A stretch of 64,000 nucleotides of DNA. Origin: Heterodontus francisci. Lineage: Eukaryota. Of the stretch, positions 53,590-64,000 are shown piece by piece. Below the pieces are notes generated by a model. The model ran no database searches and had not been told where the DNA came from. It saw only the letters and a program-made list of their open reading frames with translations. The first letter of the stretch is position 1. Each line of letters opens with the position of its first letter. The DNA is taken from positions 65,311,326 through 65,375,325 of the forward strand of contig NC_090395.1 of the NCBI RefSeq assembly GCF_036365525.1, written 5' to 3'. The translations under genes and the position numbers were made by a program.

Positions 53590-54070
53590 CTCCTTAATCT
53601 CTCAAAGTGACACATGGGAGATGACTAGAGAAAATTAAGTGGTATGTAATTAGTGGCAAGATAGCAAACTGGATTAAAAATTGATTAACTTGGAAAAGCA
53701 GAGTAGGAGTTAAGTGCAATTTTTTCATTGGCTGGAGTTGGGTAGTGGTGTATCTCAGGTTACTGTTCTGGGACCACTTCTGTTCACCGTGTATAGCTAT
53801 GATTTGGAAATAAACCGAGAGTGTATGGTGTTGAAATTTGCAGATTATACCAAAATAGGAGGGAGGTATAGTTAATTCATTAACAGATCAAAGGAAACTG
53901 CAAAGAAATATTGATAAGTTGGGGGAATGCGGCTAAAAGGTGGCAGATGGTATTCAATGTAGGAGTGAGATGCATTTTGATAATTCACTAATTATAATCT
54001 GAATGGAATTAGGCTCAGTGCTGTGGAAGAGGAGAGGAATTTAGCTCACAGGACATTAAAAACGGGGACA
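53590..54070 (+). mobile_element. Old degenerate CR1 RT fragment
   Basis: KFADYTKIGG-like remnant. Confidence 0.6.
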
Positions 54071-54500
54071 TGCCACTAGGTAAAGCCTGGTGGCTTCCTA
54101 AGAGAGTCGGGGGGTGGCGGTGTCCCTCCTTTAGAGGCAATCCAGGGCCGCTGGAGGGATCCCCAGGTGGTGATCACCAATTAATTAATTAATTAATCGA
54201 CAATTAATTTCCTGCCCACCATTAAGCAGCTTCAGGGGTCCGATGGAGGGCCAAGGCGGGGTCTCCCCCCACCTTCTGGCCCATTGCCAGGACCTTATGG
54301 TGAGAATAAAATGCATCCCTACATATTTCTATCTCGTGAGTTAGTCCGTGAGAATATCTGTCTGCTTGCAATAATCCAGTCCCACCAGAAAATTGACTCT
54401 CCTCTGTTTTAACCTGAACACTCAGATTCATGCTAAAATATTACTTACAGGTCAATTATTGAAACATTCATAAATGACCTCAATAATTACTTTCATATAC

Positions 54501-54534
54501 CTGGTAAGAGAAACGATAAAACCCAGAGCTTAAT
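54501..54534 (-). CDS. Putative gene A signal-peptide exon, with ATT at the expected start
   Basis: ATT KLWVLSFLLP G|gtatat, phase 1; joins V1 as ..LLPGSHG-IVGP, a plausible cleavage site. Confidence 0.6.
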
Positions 54535-55562
54535 TTCTTGGCAAAGTACAGTAAGTTCTGCGAGTATAGGTTCTTCTAAAATGTTTGTGTAAATAATGAA
54601 TTTTTTTCCCACCTATTCAACAAAGTTAGTAATAATTTTCAACAATTTACCTGTGCGTGATACACAAAAGGTGATTTTACAAATGACCTGCTTGAAGATT
54701 TTTGTTGACTTGCAAAGTCAGGACTCAGTTCCAGGCAGACCATATCCCGACCATGAATCAGGACTTTAAACAGGTCACCAATGTCATTGACATTTCATCA
54801 AATTCCATCTGATTGTACGAATAACAAATAGTCAGGATCTGTCCCCATTTCAAAAAGTCGGTTGCCATGGCTATTCCTTTCAGTAGTTACAGATTTGTTT
54901 AATCTTGACTTGTGTCATGGAAAATTACAAACATTTCTTTACAATAGTTTCAGCTCAAGGCAAAAGTATTACCTATGGGCTACTGACTATGACTTGCTTT
55001 TAAATATTGAACCATAATTCCCTCAGTATTCCTTTAAAACAAATATCTCTCTGGATGTACTTTAACCAGCATTTTTGGAAAAATAAAACTTAAGTTTACT
55101 TAAAGCTGGTTTCTCAATCACAGCTATTTCTGTGTTCTTTCTGAACCAAAGTTGCTGAGACCTGATCTGACAGTGACTGACCCTTTCCCCGACCTCCCCC
55201 TTTTCCTCCCTCCCTCCCTGTCAGACGCTCAGTGGGATCAGTAGGGTCTTTCTCAGTCATGAAGCTCTTTTTCTAAACTTAAATGCTTTACACATAACAG
55301 GTGAATGTTTAGTTTGCAAAACTTGTTTCTCTTCTCCTTTTGTTCCTTGTGAAGATCATCCAAAGCATAAACAAAAGATATACAATAAGGACTGTTGCAA
55401 TGCACAACTTATGCCATAAATGAGCAAAGTGTCATAATTTAAGAGCATCTCAAGTGAATTCTGAAGGTTTTATTCAAGAATGTGTTAAGTTGCATATTCC
55501 ACAGTATTCTGTTCTTAGAAATAGTGATGAGTTTTCAGAGTTTTTTCAACTCATTTTTAAAA

Positions 55563-58500
55563 GAACAAAGAACAAAGAAAATTACAGCACAGGAACAGGC
55601 CCTTCGGCCCTCCAAGCCTGCGCCGATCCAGATCTTCTATCTAAACATGTCGCCTATTTTCTAAGGGTCTGTATCTCTTTGCTTCCTGCCCATTCATGTA
55701 TCTGTCTAGATACATCTTAAAAGACGCTATCGTGCCCGCGTCTACCACCTCCGCAGACAACGCGTTCCAGGCAACCACCACCCTCTGCATAAAGAACTTT
55801 CCACGCATATCCCCCCTAAACTTTTCCCCTCTCACTTTAAACTCGTGACCCCTAGTAATTGAATCCCCCACTCTGGGAAAAAGCTTCTGGCTATCCAACC
55901 TGTCTATACCTCTCATGATTTTGTACACCTCAATCAGGTCCCCCCTCAACCTCCGTCATTCTAATGAAAATAATCCTAATCTACTCAACCTCTCTTCATA
56001 GCTAGCGCCCTCCATACCAGGCAACATCCTGGTGAACCTCCTCTGCACCCTCTCCAAAGCATCTACATCCTTTTGGTAATGTGGCGACCAGAACTGCACG
56101 CAGTATTCCAAATGTGGCCGAACCAAAGTCCATTACAACTGTAACATGACCTGCCAACTCTTGTACTCAATACCCCGTCCGATGAAGGAAAACATGCCGT
56201 ATGCCTTCTTGACCACTCTATTGACCTGCGTTGCCACCTTCAGGGAACAATGGACCTGAACACCCAAATCTCTCTGTACATCAATTTTCCCCAGGACTTT
56301 TCCATTTACTGTATAGTTCACTCTTGAATTGGATCTTCCAAAATGCATCACCTCGCATTTGCCCTGATTGAACTCCATCTGCCATTTCTCTGCCCAACTC
56401 TCCAATCTATCTATATTCTGCTGTATTCTCTGACAGTCCCCTTCACTATCTGCTACTCCACCAATCTTAGTGTTGTCTGCAAACTTGCTAATCAGACCAC
56501 CTATACTTTCCTCCAAATCATTTATGTAGATCACAAACAACAGTGGTCCCAGCACGGATCCCTGTGGAACACCACTGGTCACACGTCTCCATTTTGAGAA
56601 ACTCCCTTCCACTGCTACTCTCTGTCTCCTGTTGCCCAGCCAGTTCTTTATCCATCTAGCTAGTACACCTTGGACCCCATGCGCCTTCACTTTCTCCATC
56701 AGCCTACCATGGGGAACCTTATCAAACGCCTAACTGAAGTCCATGTATATGACATCTACAGCCCTTCCTTCATCAATCAACTTTGTCACTTTCTCAAAGA
56801 ATTCTATTAAGTTGGTAAGACATGACCTTCCCTGCACAAAACCATGTTGCCTATCACTGATAAGCCCATTTTCTTCCAAATGGGAATAGATCCTATCCCT
56901 CAGTAACTTCTCCAGCAGCTTCCCTACCACTGACGTCAGGCTCACCGGTCTATAATTACCTGGATTATCCCTGCTACCCTTCTTAAACAAGGGGACAACA
57001 TTAGCAATTCTCCAGTCCTCCGGGACCTCTCCCGTGTTTAAGGATGCTGCAAAGATATCTGTTAAGGCCCCAGCTATTTCCTCTCTCGCTTCCCTCAGTA
57101 ACCTGGGATAGATCCCATCCGGACCTGGGGACTTGTCCACCTTAATGCCTTTTAGAATACCCAACACTTCCTCCCTCCTTATGCCAACTTGACCTAGAGT
57201 AATCAAACATCTGTTCCTAACCTCAACATCCTTCATGTCCCTCTCCTCGGTGAATACCGATGCAAAGTACTCGTTTAGAATCTCACCCACTTTCGCTGAC
57301 TCCACGCATAACTTTCCTCCTTTGTCCTTGAGTGGGCCAATCCTTTCTCTAGTTACCCTCTTGCTCCTTATATATGAATAAAAGGCTTTGGGATTTTCCT
57401 TAACCTTGTTTGCTAAAGATATTTCATGACCCCTTTTAGCCCTCTGAATTCCTCGTTTCAGATTGGTCCTACATTCCCGATATTCTTTCAAAGCTTCGTC
57501 TTTCTTCAGCCACCTAGACCTTATGGGATTGAGGTTCACAAGGAGGAGGTGTTATCAATTTTGGAAAGTGTGAAAATAGATAAGTCCCCTGGGCCAGATG
57601 GGATTTACCCTAGGATTCTCTGGGAAGCTAGGGAGGAGATTGCAGAGCCTTTGTCCTTGATCTTTATGTCGTCATTGTCGACAGGAATAGTGCCGGAAGA
57701 CTGGAGGATAGCAAATGTTGTCCCCTTGTTCAAGAAGGGGAGTAGAGACAGCCCTGGTAATTATAGACCTGTGAGCCTTACTTCGGTTGTGGGTAAAATG
57801 TTGGAAAAGGTTATAAGAGACAGGATTTATAATCATCTTGAAAAGAATAAGTTCATTAGAGATAGTCAGCATGGTTTTGTGACGGGTAGGTCGTGCCTCA
57901 CAAACCTTATTGAGTTTTTCGAGAAGGTGACCAAACAGGTGGATGAGGGTAAAGCAATGGATGTGGTGTATATGGATTTCAGTAAGGCGTTTGATAAGGT
58001 TCCCCACGGTAGGCTATTGCAGAAAATACGGAAGTATGGGGTTGAAGGTGATTTAGAGCTTTGGATCAGAAATTGGCTAGCTGAAAGAAGACAGAGGATG
58101 GTGGTTGATGGCAAATGTTCATCCTGGAGTTTAGTTACTAGTGGTGTACCGCAAGGATCTGTTTTGGGGCCACTGCTGTTTGTCATTTTTATAAATGACC
58201 TGGAAGAGGGTGTAGAGGGTGGGTTAGTAAATTTACAGATGACACTAAGGTCGGTGGAGTTGTGGATAGTGCCGAAGGATGTTGTAGGGTACAGAGGAAC
58301 ATAGATAGGCTGCAGAGCTGGGCTGAGAGATGGCAAATGGAGTTTAATGCGGAAAAGTGCGAGGTGATTCACTTTGGAAGGAGTAACAGGAATGCAGAGT
58401 ACTGGGCTAATGGGAAGATTCTTGGTAGTGTAGATGAACAGAGAGATCTTGGTGTCCAGGTGCATAAATCCCTGAAGGTTGCTACCCAGGTTAATAGGGC

Positions 58501-60510
58501 TGTTAAGAAGGCATATGGTGTGTTAGCTTTTATTAGTAGGGGGATCGAGTTTCGGAGCCACGAGGTCATGCTGCAGCTGTACAAAACTCTGGTGAGACCG
58601 CACCTGGAGTATTGCGTGCAGTTCTGGTCACCGCATTATAGGAAGGATGTGGAAGCTATGGAAAGGGTGCAGAGGAGATTTACTAGGATGTTGCCTGGTA
58701 TGGAGGGAAGGTCTTACGAGGAAAGGCTGAGGGACTTGAGGTTGTTTTCGTTGGAGAGAAGGAGGAGGAGAGGTGACTTAATAGAGACATATAAGATAAT
58801 CAGAGGGTTAGATAGGGTGGATGGTGAGCGTCTTTTTCCTCGGATGGTGATGGCAAACATGAGGGGACATAGCTTCAAGTTGAGGGGTGATAGATATAGG
58901 ACAGATGTGAGAGGTAGTTTCTTTACTCAGAGAGCAGTAAGGGCGTGGAACGCCCTGCCTGCAGCAGTAGTAGATTCGCCAACTTTAGGGGCATTTAAGT
59001 GGTCATTGGATAGACATATGGATGAAAATGGAATAGTGTAGGTCAGATGGTTTCACAGGTCAGCGCAGCATCAAGGGCCGAAGGGCCTGTACTGCGCTGT
59101 AGTGTTCTAATTCTAATTCTAATTATGTATGCTTCCTTTTTCCTCAGCTAGTCTCACAATTTCACCTGTCATCCATGGTTCCCTAATCTTGCCATTTCTA
59201 TCCCTCATTTTCACAGGAACATGTCTCTCCTGCACGCTAATCAACCTCTCTTTAAAAGCCTCCCACATATTACCTGTGGATTTAGCTTCAAACAGCTGCT
59301 CCCAATCTACATTCCCCAGCTCCTGCCAAATTTTGGTATAGTTGGCCTTCCCCCAACTTAGCACTCTTCCTTTAGGACCACTCTCGTCTTTGTCCATGAG
59401 TATTTTAAAGCTTACGGAATTGTGATCACTATTCCCAAAGTAGTCCCCTACTGAAACTTCAACCACCTGGCCGGGCTCATTCCCCAACACCAGGTCCAGT
59501 ATGGCCCCTTCCCGAGTTGGACTATTTACATACTGCTCTAGAAAACCCTCCTGGATGCTCCTGACAAATTCTGCTCCATCTAGACCTCTAACACTAAGTG
59601 AATCCCAGTCAATGTTGGGAAAATTAAAATCTCCTATCACCACCACCCTGTTGCTCCTACATCTTTCCATAATCTGTTTACATATTTATACCTCTATCTC
59701 ACGCTCGCTGTTGGGAGGCCTGTAGTACAGCCCCAACATTGTTACCGCACCCTTCCTATTTCTGAGTTCTGCCCATATTGCCTCACTGCTCGAGTCCTCC
59801 ATAGTGCCCTCCTTCAGCACAGCTGTGATATCCTCTTTGACCAGTAATGCAACTCCTCCACCCCTTTTACCTCCCTCTCTATCCCGCCTGAAGCATTGAT
59901 ATCCTGTGATATTTAGTTGCCAATCATGCCCTTCCCTCAACCAAGTCTCAGTAATAGCAATAACATCATACTCCCAGGTACTAATCCAAGCCCTAAGTTC
60001 ATCTGCCTTACCTACTACACTTCTTGCATTAAAACAAGTGCACCTCAGACCACCACTCCCTTTGCGTTCATCATCTGCTCCCTGCCTACTCTTCCCCTTA
60101 GTCACGCTGACTTCATTATCTAGTTCCTTACAGGCTTTAGTTACTACCTCCTTACTGTCCACTGACCTCCTCATTTGGTTCCCATCCCCTTGCCACGTTA
60201 GTTTAAACCCTCCCCAACAGCGTTAGCAAAAGCACCCCCAAGGACATTGGTTCCAGTCCGGCCCAGGTGTAGACCGTCCAATTTGTAATAGTCCCACCTC
60301 CCCCAGAACCGGTCCCAATGTCCCAAAAATCTGAACCCCTCCTTCCTGCACCATCTCTCAAGCCACGCATTCATCCTGACTATTCTTTCATTTCTACTCT
60401 GACTATCACGTGGCACTGGTAGCAATCCTGAGATTACTACCTCTGAGGTCCTACTTTTTAACATGGCTCCTAACTCCCTAAATTCTGCTTGTAGGACCTC
60501 ATCCCGTTTT
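55563..60510 (-). mobile_element. Long CR1 LINE (ORF1 esterase 3' part plus ORF2), interrupted by a nested CR1
   Basis: ORF1 SGNH-like DGLHL motif 60198-60464; APE 59119-60174; RT 55641-57520; (TTCTTTG)n tail. Confidence 0.92.
57526..59122 (+). mobile_element. Nested 5'-truncated CR1
   Basis: RT ORFs 57426-59041, (TTCTAA)3 tail, TSD TTATG at 57521-57525 and 59123-59127. Confidence 0.9.
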
Positions 60511-60563
60511 TTATCTCGTTTTAAGTTTTAATCTCGTTTGCTATAGGCAAGGAGGACTCTCCT

Positions 60564-60954
60564 ACAAGTCTCTAACTTACTGAAAGGAATAGCCATGGTC
60601 AATGATATTGGTGACCTGTTTAAAGTCCTGATTCATGGTCGAGATATGATCTGCCTGGAACTGAGTCCTGACTTTGCAAGTCAACAAAAATCTTCAAGCA
60701 GGTCATTTGTAAAATCACCTTTTGTGTATCACGCACAGGTAAATTGTTGAAAATTATTCCTAACTTTGTTGAATAGGTGGGAAAAGAGTTCATTATTTAC
60801 ACAAACATTTTAGAAGAACCTATACTCGCCGAACTTACTGCACTTTGGCAAGAAATTAAGCTCTGGGTTTTATCGTTTCTCTTACCAGGTATATGAAAGT
60901 AACTATTTAGGTAGAATGTTTCAAGAATTGACCTGTAAGTAATATTTTAGCATG
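60564..60954 (+). repeat. Inverted duplicate of 54429-54898 including the leader-like exon (60855-60888)
   Basis: High-identity reverse-complement match; lacks about 74 bp (54791-54864). Confidence 0.9.
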
Positions 60955-61429
60955 TACCATTATGCCATGTCAGGTGCTTTGTCTTGAAAATTTCCTTACT
61001 AACAGTGAATGTACAGATATATGAAAATACAAACAATGATTGACAAGAAAAGACCCTCTGGTCTATCCAGCCTGTCCCACATAATTGGATATCATGTGTG
61101 TCACAATATATACATGCTCCCCCCGCACCTAAAACCATGTAATCTCCTGGGAGAAGTAAGAAACCAGAAAAAATACAGGCCAACTTGGGCAAGAAAACAT
61201 GGGAAATTTGTCTCCGAGCCCCCTCAGCGATAAAACTAGTCCAGGAGATCACTTTGACCCCGATAACTCTATACAGTACCTACCTTTTCATGTGAGATGA
61301 TCTCCACCCCAGCTAGAAATAGGCCCAGCTATCTCGCTTGGCAAAATTCAGCCAATTGGCATCCAGCCCATGTGAATTATTCAATTCATTGGCCCTTTCC
61401 ATTTGGGATTGGAATTCTTTTACAAAGTT

Positions 61430-63865
61430 AGTCGTAGAGCGCTGTTACATTGCTTCATGAGTGTATTACTGACTTCAGCACACCCTGGATCTAGGCATTG
61501 GTACAAGAGCTGATTGCCAGAGAGCTGTTGTCACCATCAGGGAGCATTTGACCAAATATCGTACAAAGAATTCCAAGCAAAATTGAGGTCAATGAGAGAC
61601 AAAAAGGAAAATCCTCCTGTGGCCGAATTCATATCTGAGACAGGAAGATGGTTGTGATAGTCAGAGGCCAACTTATTGTAGATTATATTGTTGTTGCCAT
61701 CCTCAGGCAACATCCTTGGCCCAACCACCCTCGGCTGCTTCTTCAATGATTTTCTCTGTGCATAAGGTCAGGAGTGAGTCTATTTGCTGATGATTGTACA
61801 CAACTTCACAGCTGTATTCACAACTCCTTTGATACTCCTGGTACAAAAGGTGAATTCACACGGGATCAGAGGTGAGCTGGCAAGATGGATACAGAACTGG
61901 CTCGGTCATAGAAGACAGAGGGTATCAGTGAATGGGTGTTTTTCTGAATGGAGGGATGTGACTAGTGGTGTTCCTCAGGGATCAGTGCTGGGACCTTTGC
62001 TGTTTGTAGTATATATAAATGATTTGGAGGAAAATGTAGCTATTCTGATTAGTAAGTTTGCAGACGACACAAAGGTTGGTGGAGTTACGGATAATGATGA
62101 GGATTGTCAGAGGATACAGCAGGATATAGATCGGTTGGAGACTTGGACGGAGAAATGGCAGATGGAGTTTAATCCGGACAAATGTGAGGTAATGCATTTT
62201 GGAAGGTCTAATGCAGGTGGGAGGTATGCAGTAAATGGCAGAACCCTTAGGAGTATTGACAGGCAGAGAGATCTGGGCGTACAGGTCCACAGGTCACTGA
62301 AAGTGGCAACGCAGGTGGATAAGGTAGTCAAGAAGGCATACAGCATGCCTGCTTTCATCGGTCGGGGCATAGAGTATAAAAATTGGCAAGTCATGTTGCA
62401 GCTGTACAGAACCTTAGTTAGACCACACTTAGAATATTGCGTGCAATTCTGGTCGCCACACTTCCAGAAGGACGTGGAGGCTTTAGAGAGGGTACAGAAG
62501 AGGTTTACCAGGATGTTGCCTGGTCTGGAGGGCATTAGCTATGAGGAGAGGTTGGAAAAACGCGGATTGTTTTTCACTGGAACGACGGAGGTGGAGGGGC
62601 GACATGATAGAGGTTTACAAAGTTATGAGCGGCATGGACAGAGTGGATAGTCAGAAGCTTTTTCCCAGGGTGGAAGAGTCAGTTACTAGGGGACATAGGT
62701 TTAAGGTGTGAGGGGCAAAGTTTAGAGGGGATGTGCGAGGCAAGTTTTTTACACAGAGGGTAGTGAGTGCCTGGAACTTGCTGCCAGGGGAGGTGGTGGA
62801 AGCAGATACGATAGCGACGTTTAAGAGACATCTTGACAAATACATAAATAGGAAGGGAATAACAAAGAACAGTACAGCACAGGAACAGGCCATTCGGCCC
62901 TCCAAGCCTGCGCCGATCTTGATGCCTGCCGAAACTAACACCTTCTGCACTTTCGGGGCCCATATCCCTGTATTCCCTGGGATATGGGCCCCGGAAGTGC
63001 AGAAGGTTTTAGTTTAGGCAGGCATCAAGATCGGCGCAGGCTTGGTGGGCCGAATGGCCTGTTCCTGTGCTGTACTGTTCTTTGTTCTTTGATAATGCAC
63101 CTGGACAACATCCAGGCGTGGTTGATGAGCAGCAAGTAACATTTGCATGACATAAAGACTATCTGCACCATGAAAAGGCCCAACCACCCCCACCAACAAC
63201 ACCCACCCCCCCAACCCCACCTCTTCCCTATTTCAGCAAAGCCATGTCTCCACCATCTACATCTTGGCACCACTGACTAGAAAGGAGCTACACCAGCCAT
63301 ATCAACACTGTGGATACAAGTGCAGGATGGAAGCTGTAAATGGAAAGTGTTCTGCAATGAGTGGCTCAACTCCTGACTTCCTTAAGAAGTCTGCATTATG
63401 TATAAGGCTCTAGTAAGATGGAATAACCATAAATTCCTTGGAAGGGTGCAGTTACAGTAACTCTCTGGGAGCTTCATACCAGCTGGAATAAAACAATCTG
63501 CTTGATTAATGCTCCTATCATTGAGTTCAATATTCATACCTTCCACCACCAGTGCACTGCGGTTGCAGCATGTACAATTTATAGCTTGCACTGTAACAAT
63601 TCACCGAAGTTAGTTGGACAGCAACTCACTGCCCTATAACATCTACCAGCAAGGTAATGGAAACACTGAGTCACACACCATCCTGACTTGAAAATATAAC
63701 CATTATTCCTTTATTGTCACTGACTCAATATCCTGGAATTTCCTACCTAACACCATTGTGGGAACACCACCATGAGGACTGCAAGATTCAAGGAAAGATG
63801 CCAGCACCACATTCTCAAGGGAACTACAGATGGGCAATGAATCCAAAATTGATGACATTGCCAGA
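61430..63865 (+). mobile_element. Old degenerate member of the tRNA-headed LINE family, split by the CR1
   Basis: Diverged similarity to about 18200-19330 on both sides of the CR1. Confidence 0.6.
61835..63086 (+). mobile_element. 5'-truncated CR1 with a fold-back 3' end
   Basis: RT ORF 61784-62650; TSD CTTTGATA at 61827-61834 and 63087-63094. Confidence 0.88.
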
Positions 63866-64000
63866 AAAGTCATCATTGGAAAGAAGCCCTGTTCTTATTC
63901 CTGTGGTAAATATGGTGTTATTTTAGCTATAATGCAGCTATAATTTATGATGAGAATTGGATAATAGTCATTTCTGTTCTTGTGCTACTAAAACATGCAA

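Noticed and set aside
60601-60888. Alternative phase-0 reading (NDIGDLFKVLI...HAQ / KNLY...SYQ), vaguely PLAT-like
   Set aside because: No convincing domain match; it would splice out of frame into V1, and the signal-peptide reading fits better.
1-64000. Prokaryotic RT systems (retron, DGR, group II intron, CRISPR) and the many short six-frame ORFs
   Set aside because: All RTs are eukaryotic non-LTR types, no repeat-spacer array was seen, and the short ORFs are antisense or off-frame readings of repeats and introns.

Overview
Repeat-rich vertebrate genomic DNA, most likely from a cartilaginous fish (shark), inferred from HE1-like V-SINE, Deu-SINE and HER1-like CR1 repeats. The host content is a minus-strand tandem cluster of CD300/pIgR-like Ig-V receptor genes. 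Gene A (about 54.5-29.1 kb) has a leader, two V domains, a stalk, a neutral TM and a degenerate ITIM-type tail. Gene B (about 25.06-9.94 kb) has one V domain, two mucin stalk exons and a charged TM, and is pseudogenised. Gene C shows only its leader exon and runs off the left edge. An inverted copy of the gene A 5' region lies at 60.6-61.0 kb. The rest is CR1, RTE, L2, Penelope, SINE, MITE and solo-LTR sequence, often nested. The most striking element is a 3.3-kb single-ORF APE-RT LINE (16064-19355). Its 5' UTR is a tRNA-derived SINE head with A/B boxes and its sense strand has no TTTT run, making it a candidate Pol III-transcribed autonomous retrotransposon. A SINE at 45374-45804 is its head fused directly to its tail. 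All coordinates were read by eye and all homology calls are from memory of the families, not database searches.
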